Made by a program: the position numbers and the translations under genes | Notes under the pieces: generated by a model | What the model saw: only the letters and a program-made list of their open reading frames with translations | Databases searched by the model: none | Told to the model about the DNA's origin: nothing | In this document: positions 24,488 to 37,637 of the stretch, one piece after another | Numbering within the stretch: position 1 is the first letter of the stretch | Layout of the letters: each line of letters opens with the position of its first letter | Source of the DNA: Macrostomum lignano | Lineage: Eukaryota | Length of the DNA: 64,000 nucleotides | Assembly: GCA_002269645.1 (NCBI GenBank) | Contig: NIVC01001010.1 | Coordinates: forward strand, 62,001 to 126,000 | Direction of reading: 5' to 3'

Positions 24488-25445
24488 TAGAAACTGAAAG
24501 CAATCTGAAAGAAACTGAAAGCGATCTGAAAGAAACTGAAAGCAATCTGAAAGAAACTGAAAGCAATCTGAAAGAAACTGAAAGCGATCTGAAAGAAACT
24601 GAAAGCAATCTGAAAGAAACTGAAAGCGATCTGAAAGAAACTGAAAGCGATCTGAAAGTAACTGAAAGCGATCTGAAAGAAACTGAAAGCGATCTGAAAG
24701 AAACTGAAAGCGATCTGAAAGAAACTGAAAGCGATCTGAAAGAAACCGAAAGCAATCTGAAAGAAACTGAGAGAAACTGAAATAAATCTGAAAAAACATC
24801 TGAAAGAAACTGAAAGCAATCTGAAAGCAATCTGAAAGAAACTGAAAGCAATCTGAAAGCAATCTGAAAGAAACTGAAAGCAATCTGAAAGAAACTGAAA
24901 GCGATCTGAAAGAAACTGAGAGAAACTGAAATAAATCTGAAAGACATCTGAAAGAAACCGAAAGCAATCTGAAAGAAACTGAGAGAAACTGAAATAAATC
25001 TGAAAAACATCTGAAAGAAACTGAAAGCAATCTGAAAACAATCTGAAAGAAACTAAAATAAATCTGAAAGAAACTGAGAGAAACTGAAATAAATCTGAAA
25101 AAACATCTGAAAGAAACTGAAAGCAATCTGAAAGCAATCTGAAAGAAACTGAAAGCAATCTGAAAGCAATCTGAAAGAAACTGAAAGCAATCTGAAAGAA
25201 ACTGAAAGCGATCTGAAAGAAACTGAGAGAAACTGAAATAAATCTGAAAGAAATCTGAAAGAAACCGAAAGCAATCTGAAATAAACTGAGAGAAACTGAA
25301 AGAAACTGAAAGCAATCTGAAAGCAATCTGAAAGAAACTGAAAGCAATCTGAAAGAAACTGAGAGAAACTGAAATAAATCTGAAAGAAACTGAAAGCAAT
25401 CTGAAAGACATCTGAAAGAAACTAAAATCAATCTGAAAGAAACTT
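24488..25445. repeat. 21-bp A-rich minisatellite (ovo intron 3)
   Basis: Unit aaactgaaagcRatctgaaag. Confidence 0.95.
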
Positions 25446-27179
25446 CAGTCGAAATCGGGTTGGCTGTTCTGCCTGTTCAGGACATTATGGAGACTTTTGT
25501 ACGGATAGTAAGTCTCTCTAACTGAGCCCTGCATTTCTGGAGAAAGTGTCACTTCCATGTCTCCAGTGGTCCTTGGGCTGCCTCTCGTTAACTAGCGAGT
25601 AAAACTGTTGCCAAGACTCAAACGTTAGTAGAAAAAAATTAGCTCACAAGGCACAGCAAAATAATCTAGATAAGAGAAAATGAACACCTGAAAATGCTAA
25701 TGAAGCAGGGCAGCAAAAATGAGAAATTGCGATTCAATGAGGTGTTTAGTATCTATAATAAATTTTGCGCGAGCACCCAAGCCTAATTAAGGATGCAGAA
25801 ATGTATAATAAGGCTGTTCATCTGCGCAAGTGCAAGACCATCTCTTTTACCTATACATATAGAGAGCAGTTTCTGTTCGAGCTCGCGGTCTCACGGTGCC
25901 AACTACTTTCGCTATTCAGACTAGTGAGAGTGGAAAATTTATGAGTTCGATATATAGCTTTGCAATTGCTGCTTTTAATTGTATATGGCTATACGCTGAG
26001 AGCCGGCTTCATCGCGTTGGTTTCTCATCTCTTTTTCTGCTTTTAGCACAGCCGCTTTTCATGGGTGGTCCCGCCGCCACGGCTGGGAGAAGAGAGCCGC
26101 TGTCTCAAGCAAGCGCGTTATGTAAACTATGAGGAGGCTGCGGAGACAGAACTCGCTACTATTTTAAGCGGCTGCATTCGCTATTTATTCAATTTGCAAT
26201 TGCTTCTGTTACCCTAACAGCCGGGGCCTCTGCGGTCTCGCCGACAGCCGGAGTGCGAGCGAGCTGAGGTAGAGGAGACAGTGAGTGAGAGAGAGAGAGA
26301 CAGAACATCTTTATAACAGAGAGAAGCCAGACACAGGAGAATAAAAAGGAAAAACTTTTACTTCAAACCGCGCCCGCCAAAACTGCGCCGCCTCATCCTT
26401 TGGCCAGCCTCAGCTCATCATCGCTCAGCATGAGGCCCGAGTTCACACAGCAGCTCAACACAATGCTCACTCTCTCTCTCTCCCTGACCCTGCCCTGTCC
26501 ATGCAGATGCCGAAGACCCACTTGAGTTATAATATATACTTACTGTAACTAACTGCGGTGGCAAGTATTCGAAGAATGGACCACCCAAACTAAGCAGAGC
26601 TAAAATGCTGAATTTATTGGGTTAACAAAGGCAATAGCTTGATTCAGTAGTTACTTAGCCAACTTCTAGCTCGTACTCTGCATATTTGCTCTGCCTCTTT
26701 GGTTTGAGCTGAAGAGGCTCTGCTCAAACAGCCGTTGAAACTGTGTTTTCTTCTGACTATCATTCTTTTATATTACGATATTATCTTTTCTTCTGCGGGC
26801 TTGGATCTTTGAGAACGCACTCAGCAGCAGTGTCTATAAGCCGTCAGACCGTTAGCGAGGGTGGAAGGACACGCGCCAAAAGAGACCCCCTAGCTGACAG
26901 TTTCGGACAGCCACACGCTCTGAGAAAGAGAGATCGAGCTGTCAAAAAAAGCTTTTTAAGACAAGATGAGCAGTAGTCTCAGGCTAAGATGAAGCAGAAA
27001 TGCGGTGAATGGGTACTGAATTCGGTAGAGAATGGGTAGAGAATGATAGATGAGACTGAGAGACAATTAACAAGGCCATGATGACCGTTTCTTACTGCCT
27101 GACGCTGCACTCAAACTCAACCAGATACAGAGATGCGTGCAGAGTAACTGCCGACTTTGCCATTCATGTGAATGGGAAC

Positions 27180-27828
27180 CGAGAGAGGGGAAGAAAGACT
27201 GGGAGAGAGGGAGACAGGCTGGGAGAGAGAGGGGGAGACAGGCTGGGAAAGAGGGAGACAGGCTGGGAAAGAGGGAGACAGGCTGGGAGAGAGGGAGACA
27301 GGCTGGGAGAGAGAGGGAGACAGGCTGGGAGAGAGAGGGGAGACAGGCTGGGAGAGAGAGGGAGACAGGCTGGGAGAGAGAGGGGGAGACAGGCTGGGAG
27401 AGAGAGGGGGAGACAGGCTGGGAGAGAGAGAGGGAGACAGGCTGGGAGAGAGAGAGGGAGACAGGCTGGGAGAGAGAGAGGGTGACAGGCTGGGAAAAGA
27501 GAGGGGGAGACAGGCTGGGAGAGAGAGGGAGACAGGCTGGGAGAGAGGGGGAGACAGGCTGGGAGAGAGAGGGGGAGACAGGCTGGGAGAGAGAGGGGGA
27601 GACAGGCTGGGAGAGAGAGAGGGAGACAGGCTGGGAGAGAGAGAGGGAGACAGGCTGGGAGAGAGAGAGGGTGACAGGCTGGGAAAAGAGAGGGGGAGAC
27701 AGGCTGGGAGAGAGAGAGGGAGACAGGCTGGGAGAGAGGGGGAGACAGGCTGGGAGAGAGAGGGGGAGACAGGCTGGGAGAGAGAGGGGGAGACAGGCTG
27801 GGAGAGAGAGGGGGAGACAGGCTGGGAG
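27180..27828. repeat. About 22-24 bp purine-rich minisatellite (ovo intron 3)
   Basis: Unit gggagacaggctgggagagaga. Confidence 0.95.
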
Positions 27829-28171
27829 GGCATCAGAAGGTTTAGAGTCGGTGAGCGGACTCAGAAAAAGTAGTGAACAGGCAGGCATAGCGAACTAGAA
27901 GCAGCAACAGGGAGTCAAATAAGTGGAGGTGAAGGGCCGCCCCTCCAGCCTGACAACTGACATTTTTGACGTCACGGCTGACTGGCTCTGACAAAATAAT
28001 CATTTTTTGGCCGCGCCGATGGAGGATGAAGGGGATCAGAATCCCGCCTCACTGCTCGGGGGAACAGTATCCGACTGGACTCGGCATGCTTGAGTCAGTC
28101 AGTCAGCCAGTTATGAAAGCGTGGCATGCGCGGGGTACAAGAGAGTCACGCTTGGCAGATTGCTGCTGCTA

Positions 28172-29105
<934 letters not shown>

Positions 29106-29220
29106 GGCGTCACGCTTCAAGCATGGAAAGGTGGCCAAATCAATAAATAATTGCATGCCGGTTAAAAGACATCAATTATTAGTTATTGCTTGAAAATCAG
29201 CCCTGCTGCTCAGTACTCAC

Positions 29221-29339
29221 CAAAATTATGCATAAAGTTGTCTCGTTGGCTAATTTTGGCTGCCGCGTGAGTCTCAACCAGCGGATTCCTGATGCCGTTG
29301 CCATTGTTTATAAAGTGCATATCCGATTGCTGGCTTGGG

Positions 29340-29371
<32 letters not shown>

Positions 29372-29464
29372 ATGACGCTGAAGGTGATGCTGGTCGTGCA
29401 GCTGGTGCTGCAGCTGGTGATGCGGACGGTGCAGGAAGGCACCATAGTGCGGCATAACGCCAAA
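29221..29464 (-). CDS. ovo: ovo exon 2 (His/Gln-rich)
   Basis: ttccaaccgcag|TTT, TTT G|GTGAGT; phase 0 to 1, in frame with exons 1 and 3. Confidence 0.75.
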
Positions 29465-30464
29465 CTGCGGTTGGAATTTGAAGGAGGCATGCGGAGGGAG
29501 TGCTTACCGAGTAACGATATACGTTGGCGGATGCAGATGGGCTCAAGCGGGGGGCATCTGACCTCTCCTTTCGAAAGGGACCAACTGCCTATATGCTATA
29601 TTTTTATCATCTTTCAAATTTTGGGAACAGCGATTTTGGGTCAGGGGGTGACCCTGCACCTCGAAAATTATTATTACGACTCAAATTGATTGCCTTGCCC
29701 AATTATATAGTCTTTAATTGAAGGGATTACAACCTTCTTGCGGATTGTCTATGGCTCAAACCCGCATATTCCTATGCCAGCTACAGACGGACAGGTTACC
29801 CCGGCCGTTCTCTGCTATATTTCTGTCGCCTTGATGACCTAACCTAAGCAGCCCATTTTAATCCCAGATGCAATAAATCGATAATATTAGGCATGCAGAC
29901 CCGCAACAATCCAGATCACTTACAGTGCAATTAAAGGCATTAAATGTGCAACTCTATTTCATATCTATAATCATACATGCGCAACCTCCGAAATTCGGTC
30001 GGCCATGCGACTTAGTTTTAACAAAAATGCGACGTAGTTTTTGGCCAAAAATGCGACTTAGATGTAAAAAAACCCTAAAGCTAAATTAACGCAACTTTGG
30101 GTAAACGGCAGGAGTAACTATGACTGTCTTATTAACTCAAAATGCCTCGTCAGCTACTTAGTACTACTACTTCGTTATTTTTTCGGGTGGCCGTTTTTGC
30201 GACTTCCTTGGTTGGCCGCCAAATCGGTCGACTCGGCCGACTGTTGCGCATGTATGTCTATAATGCGTGAACCGTGAATAGCTGGTAGATAATTGCCATT
30301 CTATAAAATCAAATTGAGGGACCTGTGCACTTGGAGATTCCAATGTACATGTATACATGCAAATATTACAAAATATATTAGGTATATTGTCAGACAGCAC
30401 CCTAAAATCAGTGAAAACTCTTCAACATTTTATAAAAGCAGCCCCAACAGACAGATGGACTCAC

Positions 30465-31019
30465 CAGAGCTGCAGCCGAGTGAGCAGGCAGCCATGGCGG
30501 CATGGAGGCGGCGGCAGCGGCTGCGGCGGCGGCAGCGGCAGCGGCGGCTTGGCACTGCAGCAGTGATGACATCGCGGCTGCTGGGTTGGTCGGAGGCTGC
30601 GGCAGCTGCGCCTGCGGCGGCTTCGGCGGCGGCAGCGGGCTGGATGATCTGACGATGGCCTGCGCGAATCCGCTGTCCTCGGCGACGCTGTAGCCGCACG
30701 AGCGTCGCTCCGCCTCTTCTTGGACATCGTCGGGTGCCGACGCGTCGACATCCTGGCGGCCACTGGTTTCAACCAAGCGATCGCCCAAGATGCTGCTGAT
30801 GCCGAACTTCAGCGCCGTTTGCGACTGACGCGGCTTCGCCGCCGAGGCACCGACGCTGCTGCCGCTCAAGTCGATCGGAGTCGCCGGCGAGTCCCTGCCG
30901 CCGACGCCGCGGCCGCGTCCGCGCGTGTCGCTGGCGGCTTCATCGGCAGTTTCCCGGCTCTCCTCTTCGGTGTCGGACCAGCTGCGCTGCAGATCGGCCG
31001 CTGTTTGCCGCAGCTGCAT
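30465..31019 (-). CDS. ovo: ovo coding exon 1 (acidic/Pro/Ala-rich, PIDLS and eh1 motifs)
   Basis: Acceptor ttctcgcctgcag|GC ATG; donor CTG|GTGAGT phase 0; total spliced CDS 1362 nt = 453 aa + stop. Confidence 0.75.
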
Positions 31020-31414
31020 GCCTGCAGGCGAGAAGCGAGCTGCATGCACTCAGCTCAGTGGAGATAATATTTGCTCTAGGAGCTAAATAAAAGAAACTGT
31101 TTTGAGCTGACCATATCTACGAGTATCTGATGGCATGTTTGCAGAGAGGAAGTCTTCATACATATTGCTGCGCAGATATGAAAGCCATGAAGGCTGAATA
31201 ATATAGAGGTGCAAGAAGCCGTTACAGAATGCAGTGGATTTGTTTTCACTGTCACCTTGGCAACCGAAATGACTTAGGCAAATAAGTATGCATCAAGCAT
31301 GCATTGGCAGCAGGCAGAAAACTGCATGCTCTATACACGTGCATACGAGCCAAATAATACCCACTGTGCATGACGAATCCAGCATTTTTTTCAGAGAGAG
31401 GGGGGTCGTCCGAC

Positions 31415-31887
31415 CTCCTTGACCCCCCCTGGATCCGCCACCTTGACCCCTTGGATCCTCAACCTTGACCCCTTGGATCCTCAACCTTGACCCCTTGGAT
31501 CCTCAACCTTGACCCCTTGGATCCGCCACCTTGACCCCTTGGATCCTCCACCTTGACCCCCTGAATCCTCCACCTTGACCCCCTGAATCCGCCACCTTGA
31601 CCCCCATGGATCCTCCACCTTGACCCCCCTGGATCCTCCACCTTGACCCCCCTGGATCCTCCACCTTTGACCCCTTGGATCCTCCACCTTGATCCCCTGG
31701 ATCCTCCACCTTTGACCCCTTGGATCCTCCACCTTGACCCCTTGGATCCTTCACCTTGACCCCCTGGATCCGCCACCTTGACCCCCTGAATCCGCCACCT
31801 TGACCCCCTGAATCCGCCACCTTGACCCCCTGAATCCGCCACCTTGACCCCTGGATCCTCCACCTTGACCCCCTGGATCCGCCAGTG
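31415..31887. repeat. 21-22 bp minisatellite resembling an amplified MITE terminus
   Basis: Unit ccttgacccccYggatccKcca; last copy ends ctggatccgccagtg. Confidence 0.85.
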
Positions 31888-32856
31888 AGTTCAAGCTCCA
31901 AGCTTGAGAACTTTTAAGCAATATAACTTCGAAGGGCAAACAGAAATTTTGTTCAGTTTCACGGAGGGTCATGACACTTTTGACACTTTCTCGGGGGGGG
32001 GGGGTCGCCCTTGACCCCCTTGGGCAGTGAATACCGAAGGTGATATAGAACAGAGTGTTGCATCAGTTTCATAGACAACCTCGACCAGATGCATATGGAA
32101 ACTATGTTGAGTAGAACTGTGTGCTATATATGAATTTAATCAACTTTGCCGCCTGAGGGTCGGATCAGGTGACCTGGGATTAGGAGCTGGAACTCTTAGA
32201 AGCTTTATCTGATAGATAGCAACAGTTGCTATGGCGACTAGATAGGCTAATTACGCAACCGTTAAGCTCAGAAATACTCGTAGTATCTACCGAACTGACC
32301 GATCTTGACCCTCCTCAAAAAAATCTTAAGGTCTTAAACGCTCTCCCATTGCGTTCTCGATATACCCTGAAGGTGATTTTTTTAAAACCAAACTTATCAA
32401 ATAGGCTTTTATTGCCCTTGGCATGGGCTGAGCCTGAGGTCTTTGACTCGGTGACTTCCTCACTTTTCGAATGCGGAGGATGGCTAACTATACTCGAGCT
32501 AAATAGTAGTAAATAACATGAATACTCGAGTATTTAGCTTAGATTATTATCGATATACATTTTGCTTAACTAAGTATAGGGCCATAGTTACTCAACAAAC
32601 TCGGAATACATATATTATTAATTTTGTTTGTCTCCTCTATGTACTAGGAACCGAGTTGTTGTTTGTAACAAAAAAGGAAACGCACTGGAAGCAACTTAGT
32701 TGTAATAAATAACTAAAATCTCTATGACTATTGAGTTTTAGAGCCTATTATGAGTTATGACGCAACAACAAAGAAACAGCTGAATACCTTTATAACTTCA
32801 AGTTCAATGTAACAATGAGATAAGAAAATAAGCGTGAGACAGATAGAAAATCTTAC

Positions 32857-33110
32857 CTTGACTGCCTTGGCAACTAATTACACAATACTAATTATTATCT
32901 AGTGAGGCAATTAATAAAAAGTCGTTTTGCTTTTTCAATTATCCAGATATCTCGGCTAAAATTGAAACTTGGTGAGAGGGCCGAGCGCTATAAAAACAGT
33001 TGAATATTCTGCTTGAGAAGCTGCTGAGGCGTTGGCTGCGGGGCGTCTGTCGTCCTGTCGTTGTCTGGCTGCGGTCTTCGCTATTTCAATTTAAAAACTG
33101 ACTGAACTGA
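32857..33110 (-). other. ovo: Putative non-coding first exon (5' UTR) of ovo
   Basis: Strong donor CAAG|GTAAGA; no ATG in about 250 nt; TCAGTT initiator-like motifs near 33096-33110. Confidence 0.35.
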
Positions 33111-33175
33111 CTGCACGGGGTTGGGGGGCCGCAACCCCCCCCGCGTCAACACCCCCACCACAGATCTCAGCGGGA

Positions 33176-33205
33176 CCAATGCGGGCCCAGGCGGGCTCTG
33201 ATTGG
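33176..33205. promoter_or_regulatory. Two oppositely oriented CCAAT boxes in a GC-rich patch, putative ovo promoter
   Basis: ccaat at 33176-33180 and attgg at 33201-33205, 70-100 nt upstream of the putative start. Confidence 0.3.
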
Positions 33206-33483
33206 CTGGCCGCGAACCACACGCAATTTTAGCAGTCAAACCAAATCCACCCCCACTGTCTATGCTGAGGCGGCCGCTAAATCAGCCCCCCCCCCTACCG
33301 CAAGTGGATTTCTTTATTTCTCCATTTTTAACCGCCCCCCCCCCCCCGAGATACGTTCTCGCCTGCCACCACCGTCTGTTTCAAATCGTAATCGTTATCA
33401 GCGGAATCATCAATACCCCACAGTTGCAATGTATGTTATCCAGTAGCCTATGATAACTGTACATCAATCATGAAACTCTAGAA

Positions 33484-33550
33484 CAGGGGTGTCCACAAAC
33501 TTTTTTACCTTAAGGGCCAGCTCATGGCCGCGTGAGCGGGCGGGCCTGAT
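33484..33550 (+). mobile_element. hAT/Charlie-like terminal fragment
   Basis: caggggtgtccacaaactttttt...gggcca resembles CAGGGGTGTCCAAACT termini; partner end not found. Confidence 0.35.
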
Positions 33551-34607
33551 GAGAGAGGAAAGGAGAGAGGAGAAGGGAGATGAGAGGATAGTTGAGATGA
33601 GAGATGAGTTGGGAGATGACAGGTGAAAATATGAAAGAAGGGAGAGAAGAAATTGAGATGGGAGTATAGAGAAACATTCAGGGCGGGCTATCTGTCTGCT
33701 GATCTGTCTGTTTTCAGTTTTTACGTATCAAAATATGACCCATCGATGATGGAGGGTCTGCCTGACAGGTAAAGCGGAAGGTAATAGGTGTTTCCTATTT
33801 TAAAAAACTCTCGCTTTGCAAAACAGTCTCGGCTGCACTGAGGCGGGACCAAAGGCATGGAAGGGGAGGAGTTTAGAGGGAGTAGCTGCATGGGATTTTC
33901 ACACAATAAGCTTCAGGATGCAAGGGAAGAGGAAGTCTCAATTGAGAAGCCTAATTTTTTGTTTGACCCCCACCCCCAGCCCTCTGTTTCTGTCATTCTT
34001 CTCCTCAATTGAGCTGCAAACCTACCCAGCTTTCCGAGACGGAGCTGTAGAGTCTCTCGCTTAACACCCACCCTCACCCGCGCAAAGCAGCAAAACCACT
34101 TTCTTTTTTTTTAAATCTGGAATATAAAAGATTCCTCCATTCACTCTTCAAACTCTTCACCCAATTCGCTGTATATATATATAAATATGGCTTATTAACT
34201 ATTATGAATATGCCCGCATACTCGATGCAATGATTTGCTAAGGCAACCATCATGCCACTTTCCCCGCGCACGCGCTGCTTAGACCGCCCGCCGGGATTGT
34301 TTCGTTCTGTCTCGACTTTGATGCACATCTTAAAACGTTTCTTCTTTTCATATTTTTTATATTTGAGTGATAAAAGTTTGCCTGCCTGCATGACAAGCTG
34401 CCTAAATTCGTCATGCAGGTGGTATAACGAGTAATATTGATTGTCTATATATACTCAGCATATAGCATGGGGCTCGATAGAAAGTTTGCTAAATGCAAGA
34501 ATTGATGTGAGAAGATTTTATTCATTTTAATGCAGGTGTGGATATGTGCTTGCATGAGTGAATAATTGTAGATATATTGATTGAACTATACTTTTAGCTG
34601 TGGGAGG

Positions 34608-36525
34608 GTCAGAGATGAGTGAGACATGGGTGAGAGTGAGAGGGCCAGAGATGAGTGAGACATGGGTGAGAGTGAGAGGGTCAGAGATGAGTGAGACATG
34701 GGTGAGAGTGAGAGGGTCAGAGATGAGTGAGACATGGGTGAGAGTGAGAGGGCCAGAGATGAGTGAGACATGAGTGAGAGTGAGAGGGTCAGAGATGAGT
34801 GAGACATGGGTGAGAGTGAGAGGGCCAGAGATGAGTGAGACATGGGTGAGAGTGAGAGGGCCAGAGATGAGTGAGACATGGGTGAGAGTGAGAGGGCCAG
34901 AGATGAGTGAGACATGGGTGAGAGTGAGAGGGTCAGAGATGAGTGAGACATGGGTGAGAGTGAGAGGGTCAGAGATGAGTGAGACATGGGTGAGAGTGAG
35001 AGGGCCAGAGATGAGTGAGACATGGGTGAGAGTGAGAGGGTCAGAGATGAGTGAGACATGGGTGAGAGTGAGAGGGTCAGAGATGAGTGAGACATGGGTG
35101 AGAGTGAGAGGGTCAGATGAGTGAGACTGGGTGAGAGTGCGACAGTCAGATAAGTGAGACATGGGTGAGAGTGCGAGGGTCAGATGAGTGAGACATGGGT
35201 GAGAGTGCGAGGGTCAGATGAGTGAGACATGGGTGAGAGTGCGAGGGTCAGATGAGTGAGACATGGGTGAGAGTGCGAGGGTCAGATAAGTGAGACATGG
35301 TGAGAGTGAGAGGGCCAGAGATGAGTGAGACATCGGTGAGAGTGAGAGGGTCAGATGAGTGAGACATGGGTGAGAGTGAGAGGGCCAGAGATGAGTGAGA
35401 CATGGGTGAGAGTGAGAGGGTCAGAGATGAGTGAGACATGGGTGAGAGTGAGAGGGTCAGAGATGAGTGAGACATGGGTGAGAGTGAGAGGGTCAGATGA
35501 GTGAGACTGGGTGAGAGTGCGACAGTCAGATAAGTGAGACATGGGTGAGAGTGCGAGGGTCAGATGAGTGAGACATGGGTGAGAGTGCGAGGGTCAGATG
35601 AGTGAGACATGGGTGAGAGTGCGAGGGTCAGATGAGTGAGACATGGGTGAGAGTGCGAGGGTCAGATGAGTGAGACATGGGTGAGAGTGCGAGGGTCAGA
35701 TAAGTGAGACATGGTGAGAGTGAGAGGGTCAGAGATGAGTGAGACATGGGTGAGAGTGAGAGGGTCAGAGATGAGTGAGACATGGGTGAGAGTGAGAGGG
35801 TCAGATGAGTGAGACTGGGTGAGAGTGCGACAGTCAGATAAGTGAGACATGGGTGAGAGTGCGAGGGTCAGATGAGTGAGACATGGGTGAGAGTGCGAGG
35901 GTCAGATGAGTGAGACATGGGTGAGAGTGCGAGGGTCAGATGAGTGAGACATGGGTGAGAGTGCGAGGGTCAGATAAGTGAGACATGGTGAGAGTGAGAG
36001 GGCCAGAGATGAGTGAGACATCGGTGAGAGTGAGAGGGTCAGATGAGTGAGACATGGGTGAGAGTGAGAGGGCCAGAGATGAGTGAGACATGGGTGAGAG
36101 TGAGAGGGTCAGAGATGAGTGAGACATGGGTGAGAGTGAGAGGGTCAGAGATGAGTGAGACATGGGTGAGAGTGAGAGGGTCAGATGAGTGAGACTGGGT
36201 GAGAGTGCGACAGTCAGATAAGTGAGACATGGGTGAGAGTGCGAGGGTCAGATGAGTGAGACATGGGTGAGAGTGCGAGGGTCAGATGAGTGAGACATGG
36301 GTGAGAGTGCGAGGGTCAGATGAGTGAGACATGGGTGAGAGTGCGAGGGTCAGATGAGTGAGACATGGGTGAGAGTGCGAGGGTCAGATAAGTGAGACAT
36401 GGTGAGAGTGAGAGGGCCAGAGATGAGTGAGACATCGGTGAGAGTGAGAGGGTCAGATGAGTGAGACATGGGTGAGAGTGAGAGGGCCAGAGATGAGTGA
36501 GACATGGGTGAGAGTGCGAGAGTCA
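34608..36525. repeat. 34-36 bp minisatellite with 688-bp higher-order duplication
   Basis: Unit gagatgagtgagacatgggtgagagtgagagggtca; identical track ORFs offset by 688 bp (35248/35936, 35351/36039). Confidence 0.95.
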
Positions 36526-37637
36526 GCTGATTGAGCCAACTTGCTGAGAGAAGGGAAAACAAAGGGGAGAATTTAGGACTGAGACTCTTAAGAGTTCCAC
36601 AAGGTTAGTGATTAGCAAGGCAGGCTTAAATTCAGCAAGTCTGCATGCTGCATGCAGCGAATTAGCCTCACACAATCTTATGCCATCAGACCATATGCGA
36701 CTGCACCCGCATGACGCGGTGCTGCAAGAGCAGAATCGATGAAGCATAACCGCATGGCATGAGCTCTGCTCACACATGTGGTCGCTTCAACCCCCCCCCC
36801 CCTTGTTGCAGACCAGCAAGAATTGCTTCTATTTTCTTGTAAAGCATAGAGGTGTAGCAGCCACCGTATACCGTATATGAGTGAACGGCCCAGTGCAAAG
36901 CAAAGTGAATCCTCAAGCAAGCAATGCTTTCGCTCCCCGCTAATACAGTTGGCCTAGCAGCAGCAGCAGAAGCAGTTCTATATGCTACACATGCATGCGG
37001 AATTCTATTCAAGCCATGGTAAGCAGCAGCTCAAGACAAATCCAATTCTCTTCTTTGCAAGCAGCAAGCAATTAGCTGACAATGAATTGAGTTGTCTCCT
37101 CTCTGCTATACTGTCCAAAAAAGTTCCATCATCACAGTGCAACATGGCATAGCCATACAATGCCGGGCAGATTTCACACCTGTTGTTAAGATTGAGTCTT
37201 CCCTTAACTCGGTGCACAATAAGCCGTCTAGCGTGGCAAGTGGCATCCTATACACCGCATGCTGTTGAATAGTGAAGACTCCTTGAGGCTTTAACTATAT
37301 AACTGTTCTGAATCCTGCAGCTTAACAATGCCAACCATATGCGGCCTCTTCGAAGAGTCAGTCATCCCCCCCTATTCAATCCTGAGACCTGCAGCGGCAT
37401 GCGCGCATTGACAATATCCCCATCCCAACTATCGACCGTTGGCTGCATGCATGGAATGGAAGAAATCTCCATCATTTGTGTGCGTGGGATTTGAGCAGGT
37501 TTTTTCTAATGTGCTGAGACGGATGCTTTATAAAATTTCTTGTATGGTCTGACAATTTATTGTATTGTATTTTGTGAAGTGTGTTACTAAAGTTTCTGGC
37601 AAACATGACATTTCATATTTTGCGCCTCAATATTCTA

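Noticed and set aside
31020-31049. GTG-initiated N-terminal extension MHAARFSPAG of ovo
   Set aside because: Track uses a bacterial-style GTG start; this segment is an acceptor region.
31250-32870. CCTTGGCAAC RFX half-sites near ovo
   Set aside because: Half-sites only, with no full X-box; not distinguishable from background by eye.
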